Of a stretch of DNA of 64,000 nt, positions 1 to 8,796 are shown in pieces. Under the pieces are notes generated by a model. That model saw only the letters and a program-made list of their open reading frames with translations, ran no database searches and had not been told where the DNA came from. This DNA is from Candidatus Omnitrophota bacterium. GTDB lineage: Bacteria > Omnitrophota > Omnitrophia > Omnitrophales > Aquincolibacteriaceae. A program made the translations under genes and the position numbers. The stretch is from assembly GCA_043732705.1 (NCBI GenBank), contig JAYTHE010000026.1, forward strand, positions 12,136-76,135, written 5' to 3'. Position 1 is the first letter of the stretch; the number at the start of each line of letters is the position of its first letter.

Positions 1-2
1 AT

Positions 3-1088
3 CTGACTGATGATGAACGGAATATGATTCCCCATAAATTATTTCCTGGTGCTCCGCCGGCGCAGCAAATTCAAGTTTATGAGAGGCGCTTTGGCCCGGA
101 GGACACTTTTCCGGTTTGGCTGAAAGTCGATACCGGTAATGTCGCGGCGGCTAACTCGCTGCCGAATCTTTTTAACAATCGCGCGACGAATGCGTTTCAA
201 ATGCGTGATTTTTTCTGGTGGGAGTTTGCCGTTGATTTTGGAATAATTCCGGACTGGCCTATCCCCTTGAAGTCGGATGGAACCTGCCTGGATAGTTCGA
301 ACCATGTTATTCGAGGATGGGAGTGCGTGAGTCCGCGGCGTAAAGGATTAAGGCCTCGAGCTGTGCCTGATTTCGCGGGTACCGTGCATAGCACCTTGGT
401 ATGGGATAATTTAGAGGGCGTGATGATGGATCACAATAGTGGCCGCGGCATTAAAGGTTATTTGCTTGCAGCACCGACTCAAGGCACCGGAAATTGTACG
501 CAAGTATGGGTTCCAGGCACTGAAACAATTCCGGGACATGTTGAGCTTATTCCTCCGGGATGCATTCAGTTTGGGGCATGGTCAGGTACTTTCGTAGAGA
601 TGCCGATTCGACATTCGTATTTGCTCGGAGTGGGTTTTTTGAATCGCTGTCCTACGGAAGCGCATCCATGTTATGACGATGAATACTGGCATGCGAGTTC
701 GCGCAAACCCTACATTCAATATTGGGATCCGTCCTATCAACTTAATATGGGTGAGCGCAGCACTCCTTATATCGTGCGTTACAGCGGGGGGATGGAAAAT
801 CTAATTAATTTTGATGCTAATTGGAGTTATCGAACCGGTGAAAACCCTGACCATAGTCCCATTATGCATGAAAGCCATCTCTATTTTTCAGGAACTTTAA
901 CTGCGCCTTGGTCATCCAGCGAGTTAATTGGAACGGATGGGCCGGCATATTACCGTACAGATTATTACACTCCTCCGAAAAGAATTTTCGATTATGACGA
1001 AAGCCTTTCCACGGATCCGCCCCCGGCCGCACCTAATACATTTATGCTCAAGCGTTTAACGCGCACAACGGATCAGGGAAGCGCATAA
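3..1088 (+). CDS. Hypothetical protein, 5'-truncated at the window edge (C-terminal fragment)
   Basis: The reading frame is open from position 3 with no upstream stop, so Met24 is probably internal. Stop at 1088. No recognisable motif. It lies just upstream of a pseudopilin gene. Confidence 0.5.
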   Translation: MTDDERNMIPHKLFPGAPPAQQIQVYERRFGPEDTFPVWLKVDTGNVAAANSLPNLFNNRATNAFQMRDFFWWEFAVDFGIIPDWPIPLKSDGTCLDSSNHVIRGWECVSPRRKGLRPRAVPDFAGTVHSTLVWDNLEGVMMDHNSGRGIKGYLLAAPTQGTGNCTQVWVPGTETIPGHVELIPPGCIQFGAWSGTFVEMPIRHSYLLGVGFLNRCPTEAHPCYDDEYWHASSRKPYIQYWDPSYQLNMGERSTPYIVRYSGGMENLINFDANWSYRTGENPDHSPIMHESHLYFSGTLTAPWSSSELIGTDGPAYYRTDYYTPPKRIFDYDESLSTDPPPAAPNTFMLKRLTRTTDQGSA

Positions 1089-1089
1089 G

Positions 1090-1647
1090 ATGAGGATTTT
1101 TTCGCTGCGAATATTTCAAATCGACAGGGCGGGTAACACGCTGATGGAAGTGATTCTCGTCATGGTGATTTTTTCCATCGGTGCTGCGATTGGCGTGCCC
1201 AAAATGCAGCGCGTCTGGGATGTTCGAAAACTTGAACGTTCCGCAAGCTCTTTGGAATCTATCGCAAATGCGATTCGGATTTACGGAATTGAGAATAATG
1301 TTATTTCCTCAGCCGGGACCCCCGGCGTTTTTAATAACAATATTACTTCAAGGAGTTTTACCGACTTATTGACGGCACTCGAAACCAAAGGTCTTCTCAA
1401 TCAAGCTGATTTAACTCCGCATTTTTGTTATAGCTGGAAGGTTGTTCCATCAACCGATTCGAAAGGGGAGATAACGGGATTGGGTGAGATACAGTCTTCT
1501 GTGAAAGACAAAAACGGAGTTTGTAGTACGGATCCGGAAGAACAGGCGGTTTATAGAATCGATTTTACGAACGGACGCGGTTATGATCAAAAAATAATTG
1601 GAACCCAACCTCCCAAAACCAGATTGTCAAACAGCGATAATTTTTAA
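1090..1647 (+). CDS. Pseudopilin / type IV pilin-like protein (prepilin N-terminal cleavage/methylation domain)
   Basis: N-terminus reads ...RAG|NTLMEVILVMVIFSIGAAIG. This fits the prepilin peptidase site: Gly at -1, Glu at +5 and a following hydrophobic helix. Confidence 0.6.
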   Translation: MRIFSLRIFQIDRAGNTLMEVILVMVIFSIGAAIGVPKMQRVWDVRKLERSASSLESIANAIRIYGIENNVISSAGTPGVFNNNITSRSFTDLLTALETKGLLNQADLTPHFCYSWKVVPSTDSKGEITGLGEIQSSVKDKNGVCSTDPEEQAVYRIDFTNGRGYDQKIIGTQPPKTRLSNSDNF

Positions 1648-1681
1648 ATCCTATAATTTATTAAAATTAATCTGATCAATC

Positions 1682-2395
1682 ATGAGAAAAATTGTCTTTT
1701 CCCTGCGTTCACCCAGTCCTTTTCAATCGCTTGTGGATGAGTATTTCTCAGAAGTGCAATTCGAAAAGCTTCCGGAAAATAATTCCGCGGTTCAAAACGC
1801 CGATCTTATTTTTATCGAGACTCATTTTTGCCAAACGGCAATGATTCAAAGAATTCGCGTGGCGCGGAATTTGAACCCAAAAATGCGTGTGTTTGGCTTG
1901 GGTGAATTCGAGTCCGCACCCCAGGATATTTTTGACGCAACGTTTCAGGCTTCCTGTCATCTTTTTGAATTCTCAAAAAAAATATCCGAGAAAATTCATT
2001 TGCCCGAATCGATTCGGCTGCTTGTCGCGGATGATGATCCCGATATTCTCGCGATGATTTGTGATTATTTTGAGGGGCGGCAGGCTCCGGTTTTTGAAGT
2101 TTTGCGTGCGGCAAACGGGCGTGAAGCTATGGGGTGGGTTCAGAAAAAACGTCCTGACGCGATGATTCTCGATGTTAAAATGCCGCTCATGACAGGCAGC
2201 GAGGTTTATTGCAAGCTTCAAAAGCAGAATGAAAAAATCCCGACCATTATTTTTTTTGACGCGATTTCCGCGGGTGATTTAGACGCGATTAAGAAGACGG
2301 GTTCGCCGGTGATTGTGGAGAAGGGATATCGCGACAGCTCGATGGCATATTTGATGGCGACCATCAAAAAACTTGTATATTTCGCGGACTGCTGA
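1682..2395 (+). CDS. Response-regulator receiver-domain protein with an uncharacterised N-terminal ~120-aa domain
   Basis: C-terminal half shows CheY-like motifs: LLVADDDPDIL ... ILDVKMPLMTG ... a conserved Lys region. The N-terminal part has no recognisable motif. Confidence 0.6.
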   Translation: MRKIVFSLRSPSPFQSLVDEYFSEVQFEKLPENNSAVQNADLIFIETHFCQTAMIQRIRVARNLNPKMRVFGLGEFESAPQDIFDATFQASCHLFEFSKKISEKIHLPESIRLLVADDDPDILAMICDYFEGRQAPVFEVLRAANGREAMGWVQKKRPDAMILDVKMPLMTGSEVYCKLQKQNEKIPTIIFFDAISAGDLDAIKKTGSPVIVEKGYRDSSMAYLMATIKKLVYFADC

Positions 2396-2645
2396 AAAAG
2401 TCCATTTATTAGCGCGAAAGCAGTTTCATAAGGTGTCTGGAGTCCAGCCCGTCATCGCGAGGAGCCCCGTAGGGCGACGTGGCGATCTGACGCTTTTTGT
2501 CATTCCCGCGAAGGCGGGAATCCAGACTGGATCCCCGATCAAGTCGGGGATGACACGGCGTGTCAGATTGCTTCGCTTTGCTCGCAATGACGTGATAATT
2601 AATAAGGACTCTTTGAGCAGCCCTTACCATTTCGGGAGAATATTT

Positions 2646-4595
2646 TTGAATTGTAGAAAAGTTTTTTATCGTAGTGCATGTTTTTGTCTTCTGTCTTTGG
2701 CTGTTAGTCTTTTGTTTCCGGCTTTTTGCCGGGCGCAGAATTTTGAATTCTCCAATGATGACAGAATTTTTATGCAAAAAATCGAGCGGCGCGCGCTCGA
2801 TTACTTTTTAAAAGAAGCTAGCCTTGAAAATGGGCTTGTGCGCGATTATGCTCCTAATCAAGCGGGCGAAGCCGACACTTCCCCCGCAACGATTGCCGCT
2901 TCGGGACTTGCTTTGAGTGCGTATGCCGTTGGAGTTGAGAATGGCTGGATTTTACGCGAGGAAGGTATGAATCGCACCAAACGAGCGTTGCGTTTTGCCT
3001 TGCAAGGCGTCGAGTCTGAGCATGGATTTTTTTACCACTTCGTCAGTTTTAGCTCTGGGAAGCGCATTTCACAATCCGAACTTTCCCCGATTGATACCGC
3101 GCTTTTTATCTCAGGAGCTTTATTTGCCGCGGAATATTATCAAGATCCGGAAATTTCGGCATTGGCTAGAAAATTATATGAACGCGTCGACTTTCCTTGG
3201 ATGCAAAACGGCGGGAAATTTTTTGCGTTATTTTGGACGCCTGAAAAAAAATTCAGCGACAAGCATTGGGATCATTACGATGAATCACTTTTGCTTTACG
3301 CGCTTGCGATCGGATCGCCGACGCACCCCATTGACGCAGACTCCTGGCATGCCTTGGCGCGTCCCGTGGGAAGTTATCAGTCTTACCATATGGTCGCGAT
3401 GCCGCCGCTTTTTACGCATCAGTATCCGCAAATCTGGCTTGATTTGCGTAACAAACAAGACGGTGTGATGAATTATTTCAATCATTCGGTTACAGCTTGT
3501 GAGGTGAACCGGGCTTTCGCGATGGATGAATCGGAGACTTATAAAACGTATGGTCCGGCCGCATGGGGAATTACCGCGAGCGACGGGCCGCATGGTTATA
3601 AAGCTTACGGAGCGCCGCCGGGCTGGGCGATTCACGATGGAACGCTTGCTCCAAGCGGGGCAGGAAGTTGTATGCCTTTTACGCCAAAAGAATCGCTTGC
3701 GGTTCTCCGGCACTTTGAATCCTACGGAAAAAAATTATGGGGGCGGTATGGTTTTGCTGATGCTTTGAACGACGATGAAAATTGGGTTTCACCGCGTGTG
3801 CTTGCGATTGATCAAGGCGCCATGATGCTCATGATTGAAAATGCAGCGAGCGGACTTTTATGGAAAACGACGAATCGCATTGCCGCATTCCAAAAGGCTT
3901 TTGAAAAAATTGGTTTTAAACCCGGCTCAAAAGAGTTGGCATGGGTTGATCCGCCTCATACGCGTGCCTTCTATGCAGCGGGCGGAATACAAGTCGATGG
4001 ATTTATGAAAGATTGGCCGGGCGGGATGGATGTGATTACGCTGGACAAAAGCTTTGCGGAGTTTGGCGACTTTCGCAAAGAGCATGACGCGCGCGCTAAA
4101 ATTCGCTTTGCTTGGGATGAAACCAATTTATATTTTGCCGCAGAAGTGGAAGATGACAGTATCGTGGCGCGCCAAAGCGGAACGCAGCTTTGGCGGGATG
4201 ATTTATTAGAAATGTATATTGACCCCCAGGGCGACGGACTTTATTGGGAAGATGAGCGTGATTTTCAAATTGGGTTTCGTCCGGTTCCCGGGAGTGATGG
4301 GGCCATGGTTTGGTCTTGGTTTCAAAAGGGTGAAGATCCGGTCCAAGCCGGTTGGGTTAAATCGCAAAGTTATAGCGATGCGCGCGGCTATGTCATCGAA
4401 GGCAGTATGCGTTGGGATCAGCTCGGTATTGTTCCGCGGCCGGGGCTTGAGGTCTCTTTAAGCCCGGCTTTGCATGATGTGGATGCTGACCATTCGCATC
4501 GCAAGTTACAATGGTTTTTCAGAAGCGAAGGAAAACTAAAAAAGTTTACACTGGGGAAAGTTATTTTGGAGGGACCGCATGGCGGAAAAAAATAG
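2646..4595 (+). CDS. Secreted glycoside-hydrolase-like protein ((alpha/alpha)6 glucoamylase-like/DUF3131-type core) with C-terminal CBM9-like carbohydrate-binding domain
   Basis: The ORF table extends to 2373, but 2373-2640 is translation of the palindromic repeat (VIPAKAGIQ ... RFARNDV). A signal-peptide-like segment (SLAVSLLFPAFCRA) begins near TTG 2646, preceded by GGGAGA; an alternative start is ATG 2771. The core motifs (DYFLKEASLENGLVRDY ... IAASGLALSAYAVG) resemble glucoamylase-like/beta-1,2-glucanase-type barrels. The C-terminus (RFAWDETNLYFAAEVEDDSIV ... DDLLEMYIDPQGDG) resembles CBM family 9. Confidence 0.55.
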   Translation: MNCRKVFYRSACFCLLSLAVSLLFPAFCRAQNFEFSNDDRIFMQKIERRALDYFLKEASLENGLVRDYAPNQAGEADTSPATIAASGLALSAYAVGVENGWILREEGMNRTKRALRFALQGVESEHGFFYHFVSFSSGKRISQSELSPIDTALFISGALFAAEYYQDPEISALARKLYERVDFPWMQNGGKFFALFWTPEKKFSDKHWDHYDESLLLYALAIGSPTHPIDADSWHALARPVGSYQSYHMVAMPPLFTHQYPQIWLDLRNKQDGVMNYFNHSVTACEVNRAFAMDESETYKTYGPAAWGITASDGPHGYKAYGAPPGWAIHDGTLAPSGAGSCMPFTPKESLAVLRHFESYGKKLWGRYGFADALNDDENWVSPRVLAIDQGAMMLMIENAASGLLWKTTNRIAAFQKAFEKIGFKPGSKELAWVDPPHTRAFYAAGGIQVDGFMKDWPGGMDVITLDKSFAEFGDFRKEHDARAKIRFAWDETNLYFAAEVEDDSIVARQSGTQLWRDDLLEMYIDPQGDGLYWEDERDFQIGFRPVPGSDGAMVWSWFQKGEDPVQAGWVKSQSYSDARGYVIEGSMRWDQLGIVPRPGLEVSLSPALHDVDADHSHRKLQWFFRSEGKLKKFTLGKVILEGPHGGKK

Positions 4596-5199
4596 TTCTG
4601 CTAAAAAGAAAGATCCAATAACCTCGATCAATGTAGGGCAAACCGTACGGTTTCTGCGCGAAAAGCAGCGGCTTACGGGCGCGGAACTGTGTAAGCGTTC
4701 CGGAGGGTTGGACCCCAAAACTTTGACTGCGGTAGAAAAAGGACGCATCCGTAACCCTTCGATTCAAACCCTTGAAGGTATCGCGCGCGGGTTGGGCGTG
4801 ACGATCAGCGCAATCTTTCGGCAGGCGGAATTAGGGAGCGAGAAGTTTTTTTTAAGAAGTTCACAAAAAGGGGTTTTCCACCTTCAGTTTGATCCCGGAG
4901 TTGAGTTGGTGTCGTTTACGCCCTTCACTCCCGGAATTTTTTGCGGAAAATTTATTATAGGCGGCCGCAAAACATTGGATCGTAACTTAATTCGTTTTGA
5001 CGGAACTGTTTTCGCCATGAGCTTGGTGGGGAATTTTCGCGTGAAGATGGAACAGCATGAGCTTGAAATCCGCGAAGGCGAGAATCTTTATTTTCGAGGC
5101 TCATTTGATTTTTCGTTTTATAACCCGAATTATCGCAATGCGGCTCTTTTAGTGGTTACCTCACCCTCTTTCTTGTCCGCAAGCGCAGCGGGGCATTAA
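4579..5199 (+). CDS. XRE-family HTH transcriptional regulator with C-terminal cupin domain
   Basis: Helix-turn-helix motif INVGQTVRFLREKQRLTGAELCKRSGGLDPKTLTAVEKG. The C-terminal ~100 aa has a cupin-like beta pattern. Confidence 0.7.
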   Translation: MAEKNSSAKKKDPITSINVGQTVRFLREKQRLTGAELCKRSGGLDPKTLTAVEKGRIRNPSIQTLEGIARGLGVTISAIFRQAELGSEKFFLRSSQKGVFHLQFDPGVELVSFTPFTPGIFCGKFIIGGRKTLDRNLIRFDGTVFAMSLVGNFRVKMEQHELEIREGENLYFRGSFDFSFYNPNYRNAALLVVTSPSFLSASAAGH

Positions 5200-5348
5200 A
5201 ATCATAAAAACAAGCACAAAATACTGGTTTATGAGGGCATATTTATATAGACTAACCCACAATCATAATCAAATCACCCGGGTTAAGGTAAATTTGAGTT
5301 TTGCCGATAGTATTTTGAAAATGATTTTCCAACAAAAAATAAATCGAA

Positions 5349-7217
5349 ATGAATAAAATACTCATTGTTTTTTCAGGGGTTGTGTTGATGGGGATGGGTT
5401 TGCATGCTGCTCCCGCCACGGCGCAGGATTCTTCCAAGATTAAATGGACGATTGTGGACGGTTCCAATAGTCACCCTGCGGTTTCAACGGTTTCCGCTAA
5501 GGAAGAAAAGCCCTCAAAAAAAGAAAAACCCAAGAAGAAAGAAGAACCCCAGCCGTCTTCTCATAAACCTTCCTTCTGGTCCAAAAGGGCCGATAAGCCT
5601 AAAAATGTTGACCGCCAATCCGAGATGGCAAAAGCCATGCAGGGCGTTCAACCGTCCAATCCCGAAACGGCAAAAGCCGGGCATCCTGTTTCGCCGCAGA
5701 ATCTTTTTAAATCACCCGACGTCACTCAGGAATCAATTGAACTGATGTTTGCCCCATACCGAACTCAAAATAAGCAGGATTTTCTTTCACGTCAGGGCCA
5801 TGGACTGGCGGATGTCATTGAACGGTCGCAAATGGTGCATACCCAGGCACGCGCGGCTCAAGAAAGCATCGCTCTCGCCCAACGCCGCCTGCTTTTGGCA
5901 ATTCGGCAAATGTTCCCCGAACTGACATTTGAGTACCAGCACCGGGATGGTTCACTTTCTGCCGCAGAATACATCTCAAGAGGGGATAAATTTTCTATGC
6001 GTCAACCCCTTTTCAGAGGCGGAGTTTTATGGAATAGTTTCTTGCAGGAGCGCAAAATGTTGGAATCAGCGCGCAGCAACTATCAGAAAGTAATCGACGA
6101 TCTTGTTTTTGAGGTTTCAAAGGTTTACTTTGAATATCAGCGCGCCCGTGCGGTTGCGGATGATCAAGCCAAAACGATCGAAGCCGTGAAACCGCAAATT
6201 AAAATTTCGGAAGAAAAATTTAAAGAAAAAATCACATCAGAAATTGAGCATTTAAACGCGCAATCTTTGGAAGGTCAAATTGAGTTTGATCATGAAACTT
6301 CAAAGCAGGAACTCGAAATCGCGACGCTTGATTTGCAGCATTATCTGGGTTTGGGCATGAAAGACCCTTTAAATTTAAGGCCTGAGTATGATGTGGATAA
6401 AGTGATTGCAGGCATGCCGGAGGATGATTTAACGGCGGCAAAAATTGAAACTTCGTTGGGTTCGTTCAGTCATGGCCAACCCATTCCCGGGCTTGAGAAT
6501 TTGGTTGAGATGTCTTATGGCCACCGTGCCGAATTAGCGGTTCAAATTTCTCAGCTTCAGGCCGCACGTTACGGTGAGCGCGCGAAATGGGGCGGCTTTG
6601 TTCCTAAGGCTGATTTGCTTGTGGAATGGGGCGCGCTCGCGGAATCTTTTAAAGAGCTTTCCAATAACCCGGATCATCATGCTGAGTTTCGGGCAATGAT
6701 TGAGGTGGATTGGAACGCGATGGGTAATAAACTTGCTTATACCAATGAAATGGATCATCGCGCGCCTTCCGTGACGCAGTTCCAATCGGGCGCCGGCACG
6801 ATTACCAACCGTCAGTCTTTTTCGGTCGGGCTTTTGAACGGCTTAGATGGTTTTGTGGACGTGAAGCAAGCCGAAGTTGAAAAGCTGAATAAAGTTGTGG
6901 AGCTTGAGCAGTCCGAAAAGAAAGTTTTGGAAGAAGTCAAGCGGGCTTATTACGATTACCAGAAAGCGTTGATTCAAATGAAATCCGCGATGAAACGCGT
7001 GCAATGGCGCCGCAGATTGCGTGACCTCGCGCAGCATCGCCTCGAACAAAAAGAAGTCGAGATCTCGGAGTATCTTCAATCCGAAATTGATCTTTTAAGA
7101 GAGCGCGGAGAATTTCATACGGCGCTGAAAGACTATTACACGGCGAAATCAAGTCTTAATTATGCCGTGGGTGTTCAAGAATTTTTAAATGAGCACAAAA
7201 CTTACGGAGCGAAGTGA
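5349..7217 (+). CDS. TolC-like outer membrane efflux protein (OMF) with Lys/Pro-rich N-terminal spacer
   Basis: Signal peptide MNKILIVFSGVVLMGMGLHAAPATAQ. Low-complexity spacer KEEKPSKKEKPKKKEEPQP. Two OEP-type coiled-coil repeat halves. First gene of the OMF-MFP-RND-RND operon. Confidence 0.7.
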   Translation: MNKILIVFSGVVLMGMGLHAAPATAQDSSKIKWTIVDGSNSHPAVSTVSAKEEKPSKKEKPKKKEEPQPSSHKPSFWSKRADKPKNVDRQSEMAKAMQGVQPSNPETAKAGHPVSPQNLFKSPDVTQESIELMFAPYRTQNKQDFLSRQGHGLADVIERSQMVHTQARAAQESIALAQRRLLLAIRQMFPELTFEYQHRDGSLSAAEYISRGDKFSMRQPLFRGGVLWNSFLQERKMLESARSNYQKVIDDLVFEVSKVYFEYQRARAVADDQAKTIEAVKPQIKISEEKFKEKITSEIEHLNAQSLEGQIEFDHETSKQELEIATLDLQHYLGLGMKDPLNLRPEYDVDKVIAGMPEDDLTAAKIETSLGSFSHGQPIPGLENLVEMSYGHRAELAVQISQLQAARYGERAKWGGFVPKADLLVEWGALAESFKELSNNPDHHAEFRAMIEVDWNAMGNKLAYTNEMDHRAPSVTQFQSGAGTITNRQSFSVGLLNGLDGFVDVKQAEVEKLNKVVELEQSEKKVLEEVKRAYYDYQKALIQMKSAMKRVQWRRRLRDLAQHRLEQKEVEISEYLQSEIDLLRERGEFHTALKDYYTAKSSLNYAVGVQEFLNEHKTYGAK

Positions 7218-7450
7218 GCGTAAGTTTAGCGTGCGAATTTATCCCAAACGTGTAGCTTTGAAGGTTCGGGATAAAGAAGAAATTGCGGAAGCAATTTTCA
7301 AATAAATGAGCAAAAAACTTCCGGAGTGAAGTAGGCACAGGTTTTTCGTGCGCCTGCTGGCGGAAATTTAAAATAATTCCGGACGCATAGCTATGATAGT
7401 CCGGGACAGAGAAGAAGTTGCGAAAGCAAGTTTCGACACAATGGAGAAAA

Positions 7451-8698
7451 ATGGAAAATCCTAATTCAGAAGATCAAAAGCAACCGGTCGACCGCGGCTC
7501 AAAATTCAGTTTTTCTTTTCGTCCGCCGGAGGATGGTTCTCCGCGGCCCAAATTTCCCATTTCAAGAAAATGGGTGATTATCGGCGTTGCCGCTATTTTG
7601 TTGCTCTTGATCGGAAAAAATATTTTTTCACCAAAGGTAAAAAAACTTTCTTTGGCTGAAACGGTTAAAAAAGAACAGCAGGCCGCGGCTCAGGCAGCCG
7701 TTTCCGTCAAGGGTTTTAAATTAAGCCGTGTCAATTACGAGGACCCGCTTCAGGTTTTAGGTACCGTCAAGGGCGCGCAGGAAATCAAATTAAGCTTCGA
7801 GGTTCCCGGCTCGGTGAGCGCGATCAATTACCGCACCGGCGAAAAGTACGAAGAAGGCGCGCTGCTGATCTCTCTTAAGCAGGATGATATTTTATTGCGT
7901 TTGAAGCGCGCGCAAGCGGCTTGGAAAAAAGCGGAATCAGAAGTTGCCATCAAGAAGGATGAAGCCGCTGAGAATGAAAAGCTTTTCAAAATGGGCGCGA
8001 TTCCTCAATCGACTTTGGATAAAAAGAAAAATGAATTGGATGCCGCTCAGTATGAATCTGAGGCTCAACGTCTTGAAATGAAAGCTAATGAGTCGATGCT
8101 TGAGAAATCTAATTTGTACGCGCCGTCTTCCGGGATGCTCGGTAAGCTGAACGTTGAAGAAGGTGAAAATGTTTCTCAAAATACGCTTGTCGGCGAACAT
8201 ATCAACACGGAATATGTCTATGTCGAGGTTGGCATCGTTGAAAAAGACTTGAGCAAGGTTTCGTTGGGGCAAAAAGCCAAAGTTTTTATTGATGCTTACC
8301 CCGATAAGAATTTTGAAGGTGTCGTGGAAAACGTGTCGGGTGTGATTTCTGGCAATAGCCGTACCGCGACCGTCAAAGTCCGCATTGAAAACCCTGAAGG
8401 ATTGCTGCGCCCGGGCATGTTCGCGCGCATTCGTATTTTGCTTTATAGCAAGGCCAATACACTCGCGATTCCCGCGGAAACAGTCCAGGGCAAGGAAGGC
8501 GATCAATTTGTTTATTTGATCGATGCAAAATTGAACGTTGTCAAGAAAACACCAATTACAATCGGATACACGCGCCCTGATTATGTTCAGATTGACGCCG
8601 GTTTGCAGGAAGGCGATGTGATCGCCATGAGCGGCTTTGAGAATCTTGAGGATGGTAAAGCGATCAAGCTTCTCGATACTCAACAAGCCGAAATGTAA
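7451..8698 (+). CDS. Efflux RND transporter periplasmic adaptor (HlyD/MFP family)
   Basis: The ORF table starts at TTG 7418. The first in-frame ATG is 7451, preceded by GGAG. Contains an N-terminal TM anchor, a coiled coil, a lipoyl-like motif (YAPSSGMLGKLNVEEGENV) and a beta-barrel domain. Confidence 0.85.
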   Translation: MENPNSEDQKQPVDRGSKFSFSFRPPEDGSPRPKFPISRKWVIIGVAAILLLLIGKNIFSPKVKKLSLAETVKKEQQAAAQAAVSVKGFKLSRVNYEDPLQVLGTVKGAQEIKLSFEVPGSVSAINYRTGEKYEEGALLISLKQDDILLRLKRAQAAWKKAESEVAIKKDEAAENEKLFKMGAIPQSTLDKKKNELDAAQYESEAQRLEMKANESMLEKSNLYAPSSGMLGKLNVEEGENVSQNTLVGEHINTEYVYVEVGIVEKDLSKVSLGQKAKVFIDAYPDKNFEGVVENVSGVISGNSRTATVKVRIENPEGLLRPGMFARIRILLYSKANTLAIPAETVQGKEGDQFVYLIDAKLNVVKKTPITIGYTRPDYVQIDAGLQEGDVIAMSGFENLEDGKAIKLLDTQQAEM

Positions 8699-8796
8699 AT
8701 AATCCTAAACTCTAAATAAATTTCAAATTCCAATTTTGAGTGGTGTTACATCGAGTGACTGTATTTTTTTAGGATTTAGAACTTAGGATTTAACAC

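Noticed and set aside
24-1088. Met24 as the true start of the first ORF
   Set aside because: The frame stays open to position 3 with no stop. The gene almost certainly begins upstream of the window.
2373-2645. N-terminal extension of the 740-aa ORF (..VIPAKAGIQTGSPIKSGMTRRVRLLRFARNDV..)
   Set aside because: This stretch is translation of the hairpin repeat pair at 2498-2555 and overlaps the upstream receiver gene. A signal-peptide-like start near 2646 or ATG 2771 is far more plausible.
5404-5745. 113-aa alternative-frame ORF rich in P/R/K within the OMF gene
   Set aside because: It is an out-of-frame overlap of the Lys/Pro-rich low-complexity spacer of the TolC-like gene. The composition is a frame artefact.
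7937-8686. Long minus-strand ORFs inside the efflux genes (e.g. 7937..8686 -, 9888..10373 -, 10789..11223 -, 13830..14159 -)
   Set aside because: They are antisense shadow ORFs fully contained in well-supported + strand genes (MFP, RND) with strong homology. No independent signals.
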